Source: an uncultured Verrucomicrobiae bacterium
GTDB taxonomy: Bacteria > Verrucomicrobiota > Verrucomicrobiia > Limisphaerales > Palsa-1400
Assembly: GCA_963764165.1 (NCBI GenBank)
Contig: CAVXRD010000002.1
Span: 2,016,001 to 2,080,000 of the forward strand
DNA length: 64,000 nucleotides
Reading direction: 5' to 3'
Under the pieces are notes generated by a model. The model was given only the letters and a program-made list of their open reading frames with translations, did not search any database and was not told where the DNA came from. The translations under genes were made by a program, and so were the position numbers. The number at the start of each line of letters is the position of its first letter. Position 1 is the stretch's first letter. Positions 42,631 through 51,010 of the stretch are shown here, piece after piece.

Positions 42631-42840
42631 ATGAGAGCGGCAGAAGTGATCGACGACATAAGGCAGTTGCCTCCTGCCGAGCAGGCTGAGGTAATTCGAT
42701 TTGCCATAGGTTTGGCTCGAGATCGCCAACTCAGCGGCGAAGAACTCGGACAGTTGGCCGACCAATTAGGCAAATCGGAAGACCCGGCGGAAATCGCGCG
42801 GCTGAGGTCCGCGCTGACGCAAGGTTTTTACGGCGCGTAA
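42631..42840 (+). CDS. Small helical protein, putative antitoxin
   Basis: 69 aa with addiction-module-like N-terminus MRAAEVIDDIRQLPPAEQAEV. Confidence 0.65.
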   Translation: MRAAEVIDDIRQLPPAEQAEVIRFAIGLARDRQLSGEELGQLADQLGKSEDPAEIARLRSALTQGFYGA

Positions 42841-42843
42841 TTT

Positions 42844-43089
42844 ATGCCCAAGGTGCTGCGCCGAAATATTCCGCCGCAGTTATACGACCATCTGCTGGAC
42901 CGCATCCAACAGCGACAAATCACTGGAAAGGAGGTCGCTCTTCTGGTGAATTGGCTGGATGGTCGACCAGACGTGCCCGACGGTAAATGGTTTAAGAAAT
43001 TTTCCGGCGTGATTGTCTGCGGTGAGGGTGAGCTGATCAAAACATTTCTGGTCCCCGGGCAAGTTCCATTCGGCCAGGAGCTACCGTAG
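42844..43089 (+). CDS. Small hypothetical protein, putative toxin partner
   Basis: 81 aa, starts 3 nt after the upstream gene. HLLDR...VPDGKWFKKF...CGEGELIKTFL. Confidence 0.65.
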   Translation: MPKVLRRNIPPQLYDHLLDRIQQRQITGKEVALLVNWLDGRPDVPDGKWFKKFSGVIVCGEGELIKTFLVPGQVPFGQELP

Positions 43090-43242
43090 TCGCTCGTGCG
43101 TTGCGGTCAGCTCGCCAACCGCCGCCCCTTATCCGGGGAAAGCTTGCCGGAGCTCTTTCCTGAGTGATCGGCACTCGCACTCAATGGCGGTCCACATGGG
43201 GCCCGTCAAAGTTCATCAAAAGCTTGCGCAGGGATATGCTGT

Positions 43243-44619
43243 TCAATTCGGCGACCAATTCGCGGCCAGGGAGCGGGCGGCTTTTACGCGCTCTAACGCG
43301 GGCTCGTTTGAGTCGGGGCTTTTATCGGCCTGTTCCGCGAGTGCGGCAAGCGCGGCGATGTCCTTCCGGTATTGCTCGCACATGCGTTTATAACTGCGCC
43401 GGTCCTTGGTGCAAACAAGCGTTTGCGGCGAGCCTTTGCGCTCGGTGACATGTGTCATATCCAGTTTGTGGCGTTCGATTTGCTGGTGCAAATGCTGCCG
43501 GCGATCCTGCCGCACGCGAAAGCGATGCGTCTGCTCAGCCAAATCGAGAGTGAATGCCTGCAACTCACGGCAGTCGGCGCAGGAGCAGGAAAGTTTCACC
43601 TCCTGCCGCCAGTCCGTGGGCGCGACTGGCGGATGCCCGCTTCGTGCCAGCAAAAATTCCGTGCTGTGCTCCCAAAGGCGCTTCGTGGCGGCATCCTGTT
43701 TCCCTACCATCCCTAGCGCAGGCACAAGAATGGTCACCGGATCGAACACCTCGGGTCGCGAGGCGAGTTTTTTCGCCGCAGCGCTTCGCAACTCAGGTGC
43801 ATCTAAGTCGCCCAGAACATTTAAGACTTTTGCCACAATGGCTGCATCAACAACGAGAGCTTTCTGGTCCCTCTGCCAGTCCATCCATTCGTCGTCCACT
43901 TTCTTTTTCCCGATTTCATCCAGTTTGCTGACAGCGGTGTGAGCGATCTGGCGCAGAGCCTCCCGAAATGCCGGCTCCGCGGTGGTGCTGCCTTTCCGTG
44001 CAACTGCCTCAAGCAAATCAACGCAAGGCCCGTGCCATTGACCCATGTTCCGGTGAATCAGTTCAGAGAAAAGCTCACCGATTTCTTCGGCATCCAGCCA
44101 CTTGGCGCTGGCCACCAGCGCGGCATTCTCGCTGCCATCATAATTGGGCGTCACCACGTCGGATATAAACTTTTCCAGCAGAGATATTTCGCCGAGTCGA
44201 TTGAGCAGACGCAGCATGCCCTCACGATTCTCGGTTTTCCTATCTCGTCCGTAGCCAGAATAATCAGGCGTCGGCTTCCATGCATTCACGAGCAGCCGCG
44301 CCAATGCCACGGCGTTCGTTCGAGCGCCGGAAGGCGCGCCTTTGGCATCCGCCTTTTCAATGAGCTCCTTTAAGTGAGGAAGCACCGCCGCAACCCCTGC
44401 CTGCAACAGCACCTCGGCGTAACGTTCGCGCCGCCAGATCACCAGCGCCGCGCGATGATACGACCGCTCGAAACTCGCGCCTTCGTTGCCGCTGGCCTCG
44501 GTAAGCCGTTGCACATCGGGCTTTTCGTTGTCCAGAGCGTTGGTGGGAAGAAGCTCGCCTGGCTGCAGCGCGATGGCTCTGTTCGATTCGGCTGGCGCGA
44601 AATTGGCGGGTTTGGCCAT
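43243..44619 (-). pseudogene. N-terminally truncated remnant resembling the C-terminal part of large 2OG-Fe(II) oxygenase-family proteins
   Basis: EASGNEGASFERSYHRAALVIW, CSCADC, RQHLH, KGSPQTLVCTK. No oxygenase catalytic N-terminus is present. Confidence 0.6.
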
Positions 44620-44631
44620 GCTGGCGAAAAC

Positions 44632-44972
44632 TCACCGCCAATTGCTTAGGAATTCCAGTCGATCCTTCATCTCCCGTGCGTTTCTTGCTTCAGTCAACTT
44701 GAGCAAGCGCCGCATTTCCTCGCCAATCGACAGCGTTTGCTGGTCGCCCACTATAATTCCTGCGCGATGGCGACCTTGATGTAGCCTAGTGCAGTCGGCA
44801 AAAATCGGAGGCGTTGTAACTCTAGATCGAGCGGCCTTGCAATGCGGCCCATTCCAATTGCTCCTCGTCTGTGCATTGCAACAGCCCTTCCTCTCCCGAT
44901 GACGTCACGTCCAATCCTCGATGACGAAGCGCCCCCTGCAAAGCATGGGAGATGAATCTTAGCGGCGCTCAA
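44632..44972 (-). pseudogene. Inactivated DUF5615-type PIN toxin
   Basis: Manual translation: ALRHRGLDVTSSGEEGLLQCTDEEQLEWAALQGRSI*SYNASDFCRLH*...GIIVGDQQTLSIGEEMRRLLKL...LEFLSNWR*. Internal stops and missing segments. Confidence 0.75.
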
Positions 44973-45238
44973 GAGGGCGCAGAGGCCGTGCGTTCAAGAC
45001 TCCGACAGGCTTCCCGCTCTTCCTGAAGATACCCCTCGATCTCCTCTCGGTGGAGATGATAATAGGCGAGCGCGGCGTGGATTTCAGCGGGTGACAGAGT
45101 GGACAGCCGCTGCCCAATCTCCTCGACGGTCAACCCCGATTTCCACCAGCCTGCCACGCGGTGGACGCCAACGCGATGACCATTGATGCGCGGCTTGCCA
45201 TTAAGCGTATCGGGCGAGCGGACGATCATGGCTCCCAC
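44969..45238 (-). CDS. DUF433-domain antitoxin
   Basis: PDTLNGKPRINGHRVGV...GLTVEEI...LSPAEIHAALAYY. Confidence 0.88.
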   Translation of the reverse strand: MGAMIVRSPDTLNGKPRINGHRVGVHRVAGWWKSGLTVEEIGQRLSTLSPAEIHAALAYYHLHREEIEGYLQEEREACRSLERTASAPS

Positions 45239-45376
45239 AACTCAGTGGCTGCAGCGTCCGTCGCAATACTCATGCTTTAATTTAGCCGGTGCGGCTGACC
45301 GGTGCAAGCACCGGTGCAGGCCGTTAGAATGAAAATCGATCATGAAAGAAACGACCCCGTTAAGCCACCGCGTAAG

Positions 45377-45408
45377 CCGGACGGGCCGAAAGCCATCGAC
45401 CCGTCCGG
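45377..45408 (-). terminator. Hairpin downstream of SDR gene
   Basis: Inverted repeat CCGGACGGG...CCCGTCCGG. Confidence 0.4.
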
Positions 45409-45433
45409 GGCTGTCAAAATAATCACTGCGGGA

Positions 45434-46204
45434 TCACCGATGGCCGCCGGAGACTAGCAGCGTTTCGCCGCTCACCCATGAAGAATCGTCTGAGGCTAGA
45501 TACGCTACGGCCTTGGCGATGTCTTGCGGCTGGCCGATGCGGCCGAGAGGCGCGTTCTTTACGTATTCGGCCGCGAAATCGCCCTCGACAAATCCGGCGG
45601 TGTGCGTGCCTTCGGTCTCAATAAGGCCGGGGCGGACGGCGTTGACGCGAATTTTCTTTGCGCCAAGCTCCTTCGCGAGGGAAATGGTGATCGTGTCCAC
45701 CGCGCCTTTTGTCGCGCTGTAAACCGATCCGTTTGGCGGGGCCAAGGTGCTTACGAGCGAGCTGATGTTCACGATGCTTCCACCTTCGGCGGGGAAGTGT
45801 TTCACCGCTTCCTGGGTCGCGAGCAGCAGGCCAAGCACATTCACATCGAATTGTTTCCGGAAATGTTCCTCGGTGATTTCGGCGAGCGGGGCGAATTCGT
45901 AAACGCCGGCGTTGTTGACAAGGATATCCACTTTGCCAAACGCTTTGACGGACTCGGCGAAGAGCGGCTGGATTTCGGCCTGCTTCGCCACATTGCCTTT
46001 TACCGCGACGGCTTTTCCGCCTTTGGATGCAATTTCGCTGACGACCTTGTCAGCGCCTTCCTTGCTGGTGGAATAATTGACAACCACCGATGCTCCGTCG
46101 GCGGCAAGCTGTTTGGCGATGGCTGCTCCGATGCCTTTCGAGGCACCCGTGACGACGGCGACTTTTCCCGCGAGTTTATTATTATTGTTGTTTTTAGCGC
46201 TCAT
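45434..46204 (-). CDS. Short-chain dehydrogenase/reductase
   Basis: TGASKGIG, NNAG, YSATK. Confidence 0.95.
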   Translation of the reverse strand: MSAKNNNNNKLAGKVAVVTGASKGIGAAIAKQLAADGASVVVNYSTSKEGADKVVSEIASKGGKAVAVKGNVAKQAEIQPLFAESVKAFGKVDILVNNAGVYEFAPLAEITEEHFRKQFDVNVLGLLLATQEAVKHFPAEGGSIVNISSLVSTLAPPNGSVYSATKGAVDTITISLAKELGAKKIRVNAVRPGLIETEGTHTAGFVEGDFAAEYVKNAPLGRIGQPQDIAKAVAYLASDDSSWVSGETLLVSGGHR

Positions 46205-46258
46205 AATTTTCTCTCTTTCGATTTCAAGGACGATTTATTGTTAACGTTTCAGGTTAAA

Positions 46259-46277
46259 TGTTACTGTTATAGTAACA
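46259..46277. promoter_or_regulatory. Putative Rrf2 operator upstream of SDR gene
   Basis: Perfect-arm palindrome TGTTACT-N5-AGTAACA. Confidence 0.75.
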
Positions 46278-46294
46278 GATAAATTCAAAAAATT

Positions 46295-46711
46295 TTACCG
46301 TTTCACGTCGGACACGATCTGGGCCAGGGTGATTTCAGCCAGGCTTTTTTCCATGGCTTTTTGCGTTGTGGCCAGGGCCTTCTCCAAGGCGGTTTTAATA
46401 TGGCAACTCACGGTGCATTCCTTCTGCTCGGCATAACTGTGAATGGCGAATGCTCTCGGCGCGTCGACGGCGCGGTATATATCCAGCAACGTGATTTTCC
46501 TGGCCTCTTTGCCGAGCCTGCATGTGCCGGATTTGCCGGTCGTGTTCTCCGCCAGCCCGGCTTTGGACAATTTGGCCAGCGTTCGGCGGACGAAACTTGG
46601 GCTTGTGTTCACGCTGGCGGCCAGGCGCGAGGAAGTCAGCCCATCCTCACACGCGCAGGCCAGCCCGGCCATGATGTGAACCGCAATCGAAAATTGAACA
46701 TTCACCGCCAT
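46295..46711 (-). CDS. Rrf2 family transcriptional regulator
   Basis: FSIAVHIM, LAASVNTSPSFVRR, ITLLDIYRAV, C.VSC.I. Start ATG 46711. Confidence 0.92.
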   Translation of the reverse strand: MAVNVQFSIAVHIMAGLACACEDGLTSSRLAASVNTSPSFVRRTLAKLSKAGLAENTTGKSGTCRLGKEARKITLLDIYRAVDAPRAFAIHSYAEQKECTVSCHIKTALEKALATTQKAMEKSLAEITLAQIVSDVKR

Positions 46712-46714
46712 AAC

Positions 46715-46733
46715 TGTTACTATAATAGTCACA
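46715..46733. promoter_or_regulatory. Putative Rrf2 autoregulatory operator
   Basis: TGTTACT-N5-AGTCACA, 3 nt from the Rrf2 start codon and overlapping a TTGCAA/TATTAT-like promoter on the minus strand. Confidence 0.75.
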
Positions 46734-46798
46734 GAATAAATCTTTGCAAGGGCTTTTTTGACAATTTATTTTCATTATCGCTCGCTGCCTCGCGGCGG

Positions 46799-46979
46799 CG
46801 ACGCAGTTGAAATTGGGGAGCGCGACCGTCCCGACCGCCGTCTTCGGCGTCCCGCTGAAGACATCTTGCGCGGCTAATAAATCATCGACGATGAATCCAC
46901 ATTTTTCGCCAGAGCCAGTCGGCGGGACTCCGACTGGAGGCGACCGAGACGGTCGCGCTCCCTTTTTTTAACTGCGTCG
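46799..46979. repeat. REPIN/MITE-like long palindromic element
   Basis: Terminal inverted repeats CGACGCAGTT.AA...GGGAGCGCGACCGTC and GACGGTCGCGCTCCC...TTAACTGCGTCG. A related copy starts at ~54018. Confidence 0.75.
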
Positions 46980-46986
46980 TCCCCGC

Positions 46987-48291
46987 TTACCGGTGGCCGA
47001 AATGGCGGCGTTGTCCTTGCGACCGTGGATTCGGGCGGCGGAAGCTGCGCTGGCTGCCGTTCGAGGGCCTGCTGCCCTGCCGGGCAGGATTTTGCGGCGA
47101 GGCCTGGCTGCGGCCGCGCGGTTGCTGGCGGTTGCCTTCGGATTGCGCGGGCGCGGCGGCAGTGTAATCGAATCCCTCTGCGCGCTTGCGCACGATGCCG
47201 CGTCCGATGAAACGCTCCACCGTTCGCAATTCGCCCTGATCCTCCGGCGTTACGAAACTGATCGCATCCCCCACAGCCTGCGCGCGTCCCGTGCGTCCAA
47301 TGCGGTGGACGTAATCCTCGGCGTGCATCGGAAAATCGTAATTGACGACATGGGAAATTCCGTCCACGTCAATGCCTCGTGCCGCGATGTCCGTCGCAAT
47401 CAGCACCCGCACCTCGCCGGATTTGAAATCCTTCAACGCCCGCAGCCGCTGGCTTTGGGAGCGGTTGGAATGCAGCGCCGCCGTGCGAATGCCCTTTTGC
47501 TCGAGATGGCGGGCGATGCGATCCGCGCTGTGCTTCATCCGGGAAAAAACGAGCACCATGTCCATTTGCGGATCGCGCAGCAGATGCAGCAGCAATGCCG
47601 ACTTCAAATGCCGAGGCACTTCGTAAATGAGCTGGGTCACCGTCTCGGCCGGGTTTGACCGCCGGCCAATTTGCACAAGTTTGGGGGCCCGTTGGAACTC
47701 GTGAGTGAGTGATTCAATCTCCTTCGAAAGCGTGGCGGAGAAGAGCAGCGTCTGCCGCTTCTCCGGCAACTGGCGCACGATGCTGCGGATGGCCGGCAGG
47801 AAACCCATGTCAAGCATCCGGTCCGCTTCATCAAGCACGAGAAATTGCAGTCCGGAGAAGTCGCCATTGCGCCGGCCGGTCAAGTCCAGAAGCCGCCCCG
47901 GGCAGGCAATGATGACATTCGCGCCCGAGCGCAGGGCCTGGATTTGCGGATGCTCTCCGACGCCGCCGAAAACCGTGGCCACCGTGAGCGGCAAATGGCT
48001 CGCATAGGCGCGAATGTTTTCCGCAATCTGCAGGACAAGTTCCCGCGTCGGAGCGAGGATCAGGACGCGCGTCCCGCGCAGAGCCCCCGGAGGCAAAGCC
48101 GCCAGCTTGGTGAGCATGGGCAGCGTGAACGCCGCCGTTTTGCCCGTGCCCGTCTGGGCGATGCCAATCAGGTCATGGCCCGCGATTATTTGCGGAATGG
48201 CCGCGGCCTGAATGGGCGTGGGTTCGGTATAGCCGGCTTCCTGGACCGCTTTCAATATTCTTGCATCAAGCCCTAAGGCGCGAAATGGCAT
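46987..48291 (-). CDS. DEAD-box RNA helicase (RhlE-like)
   Basis: Q motif, AQTGTGKT, PTREL, DEAD, SAT, HRIGRTGR. Start MPFRALG at 48291. Confidence 0.95.
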   Translation of the reverse strand: MPFRALGLDARILKAVQEAGYTEPTPIQAAAIPQIIAGHDLIGIAQTGTGKTAAFTLPMLTKLAALPPGALRGTRVLILAPTRELVLQIAENIRAYASHLPLTVATVFGGVGEHPQIQALRSGANVIIACPGRLLDLTGRRNGDFSGLQFLVLDEADRMLDMGFLPAIRSIVRQLPEKRQTLLFSATLSKEIESLTHEFQRAPKLVQIGRRSNPAETVTQLIYEVPRHLKSALLLHLLRDPQMDMVLVFSRMKHSADRIARHLEQKGIRTAALHSNRSQSQRLRALKDFKSGEVRVLIATDIAARGIDVDGISHVVNYDFPMHAEDYVHRIGRTGRAQAVGDAISFVTPEDQGELRTVERFIGRGIVRKRAEGFDYTAAAPAQSEGNRQQPRGRSQASPQNPARQGSRPSNGSQRSFRRPNPRSQGQRRHFGHR

Positions 48292-48394
48292 GGCGCCACA
48301 GCATGGCATGGTTCCAGCAGATAGCACGCGCAAATCTAATCTTCCGAAACGACCGTTCCAAAATCTCTCATCTGGCAACGTTCGAGCCAACGTG

Positions 48395-49258
48395 TCATCG
48401 CTCCATTGTGTACATTTTTTTAACGGGTTGCTCCGCCAAGGGTGGATTTTGCCGTGTCAACACAATGCCAGAAAAGCGCCACTTTTTTAGAAAATCCTCA
48501 TGGGTCATGCGGTCGAGGCCGTTCAAGGGATCGCCCACGATGACTTCCTTGTCCGTGACTTCAAGGACCGTGACAAAGTGGTCCACCAAAAAGCCGAATT
48601 TGATGACTGCAAGCGTCAGCCCGGCCTGCCTTAATTCCGAAATGTCCTTGAAGACCCGATATTCGGCGCTCAAACCGTCTTTGTGATACTCCGTTTGCAA
48701 CGCGCCAGCCAAAATGTCTGGCTCCGTTCCAGTCTTGGAACTTGTGTAAGATAGAATGGATATTTTTGATTCCTCTGCCAGCAGGCCCAATTTACGCAGA
48801 CCCGTGACGGCCGAGGCCGGCCCGCACGTGTACCCAGTAGTTTGCAGGCAAACGCCGTCCTCGTCCATGCGCGTTTGAAGGTGCGCGAGTTGCTGGCGGT
48901 CTGCCAGCGGCGCGAAAAAGGGCCAAAGCGACTTCACAAAAACGAACACCACCATGAACAGGCCTACAAAGATTCGATCCCTTCTTCGTGGCATTCGTGA
49001 AAGTGGCGTCGTCAAAACCATGGTTGTCACGAAACCGAGCACCGCGTATTTTCGCAGCCCGATTAACATCCATGAGGCTGGCGGGTTGAATGCCAAAGCC
49101 GGATAAACCAGCGCAAAACGGTACATCAGAACGAGGGCAAGTGGAATGAAGTAGCCAAGCATCCAATACGGTTTCGGCCGGCGCGAAAACCAATGTCCTA
49201 GCAACGCTCCCGCGCCTGCGGCCAAAGTCGCCATGAGTGCTCCAAGCAACAAATTCAT
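48395..49258 (-). CDS. Membrane protein with C39-like cysteine peptidase domain
   Basis: Four TM helices followed by Q..GYTCGPAS, DHFVTV, IVGDP. Confidence 0.85.
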   Translation of the reverse strand: MNLLLGALMATLAAGAGALLGHWFSRRPKPYWMLGYFIPLALVLMYRFALVYPALAFNPPASWMLIGLRKYAVLGFVTTMVLTTPLSRMPRRRDRIFVGLFMVVFVFVKSLWPFFAPLADRQQLAHLQTRMDEDGVCLQTTGYTCGPASAVTGLRKLGLLAEESKISILSYTSSKTGTEPDILAGALQTEYHKDGLSAEYRVFKDISELRQAGLTLAVIKFGFLVDHFVTVLEVTDKEVIVGDPLNGLDRMTHEDFLKKWRFSGIVLTRQNPPLAEQPVKKMYTMER

Positions 49259-49604
49259 ATTGGCCTCTTTCTTTGAACAATTTCTATTTCTTCCCGCAGA
49301 AAAGTGGAACAAGATGTTCTCTGGCATTCTCTGCTTTCAATTTTCATAGTCTATCATATACTATCACTTCGTGTATAAAAGCAAGCACAATGTTGTAAAC
49401 TACAGTAAATGGATCATTATTGGAGCCGAGCCAACTGTTTTAGCCATGAAAGGCACGATTCACAGGAAGATTAAATGGCGTTCGCTCCGGGAGGCGGCCG
49501 GCGCAGGCAATTCGATGTTTTACTGCCGGATGCGCGATGGCAAAGTCGCGTTCCGTGAAGCCGGTGACAACTTTGACTCGCTCTCGCAATGCTGCAAAGC
49601 CAGC

Positions 49605-50392
49605 ATGAACTCAATAATTTATCGGCGGCGCGCGGCGTTTACGCGGATTGAGCTGGTCGTGGTAATTTTCATCCTCGCAATCTTATTTTGGGATATTGAA
49701 TCCATGACTGCAACAACCGGCGCAAAGCGTCGAGCACAGCGAATCTCTTGTATTAACAATCTCAAACAAATTGGAACTGCATATCGCCTTTGGGCAGACG
49801 ATCATGGCGGTCGTGCTCCGGCCTCGCAGTCCATGAGTAATGGCGGCTGGTCCGAGTTTCTCGCCAATCCCGGCCAAGGCGCGAACTGTTGGACGAATTA
49901 CGCCATTCTGGCCGACCATCTCGGTCTCAGCCCGAAATTGGTAATATGCCCCTCAGACGATCGTATTGCAGCGCGCGAGTTCGGTTGCTACGCCAAGGCA
50001 AATAATCTGCGAACCGATTGTTTCCAGAACAACAGCAACCTCTCCTATTTCGTGGGTGTGAGCGCAGATACGAAGTGGCCACGTTCATTGCTTTCAGGTG
50101 ACCGCAATTTGGGCGGTGGCCTGCAGCCAGATTCCGAATTCGGCTATTCCCCGACAAACGGAAGCGGAAACGACATTGCTCTCCCAATCACCGGTCCTGC
50201 TGCATGGTCGTTGAAGATGCACTCCTCCGACAAACCTGCGGGTGCCGGAAATATTTTGATGGGTGATGGCAGCGCGCAACAGGTTCCAGCGCCAGTTTCA
50301 ACAAGACTTGGTTGCGCGATGCAGCCCCCACAACAAATTGGCCCGCCGGTCGCGTTCCAGCAACCGAATCCATCCGCCTGGTTTTTCCATAA
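49605..50392 (+). CDS. Prepilin-like/type II secretion pseudopilin-family protein with probable C-terminal frameshift
   Basis: AFTRIELVVVI, CINNLKQIG, ICPSD, H...GNILMGDGS. A 1-nt shift near 50286 gives ...SASFNKTWLRDA...SIRLVFP*. Confidence 0.75.
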
Positions 50393-50489
50393 CTGCAAAT
50401 CGCTGATTGTGGGGCCGTTGGAAATTGACTCGAAAGGATTTGTGGATCGCGCATGATGGGCGGATGCAATCTCCTGGCAGGTGCGTTTC

Positions 50490-50805
50490 ATGATATTGCC
50501 AATCGTCACCCGTGAATTGCGCGTGGCGGCGCGGCGGCGGAGAACGTATTGCGGGCGCATGGTGGTCGCGGCTGTCTGGGCGGCCTCTCGCGGTGCGGGG
50601 AGCTTTTGAAGCGCAGATTGGCAAAGCCTTCTTCGGCGTGCTCGCCATCGGGATGTCCATTTGGGCCATCGTGTCCGGCTGGGCTGGCTATGACACATTG
50701 AGCTCCGAAAAACGCGAGGGGACGCTCGGATTCCTCTTCTTGACTAATTTGACCGGAACCGATGTCGTGCTGGGAAAATTGGTCTCGATTGCGCTGCCTG
50801 CGTTT
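50490..50805 (+). pseudogene. Second truncated, frameshifted ABC-2-type permease N-terminus
   Basis: MILPIVTRELRVAARRRRTY, then a frameshift, then ...SSEKREGTLGFLFLTNLTGTDVVLGKL. Homology ends shortly after. Confidence 0.75.
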
Positions 50806-51010
50806 GGCAGGAGAGCTTCGCCTCCGCTTTCGGCGCTGGGTCGTTCCGAATAGCCTCCTGGCCCGTTAGCGATGGTGTCAACTAAAAGCCGCGGCCGGCG
50901 GCATTGTACCGTCTCACACGAACAGCAATTGGATTACGGATCAAAATCCACCGCTGGCGGGGCGCACACCCCATCGGATTCACTGCGGCGGCAGCTATAG
51001 TGGAGGGAGT

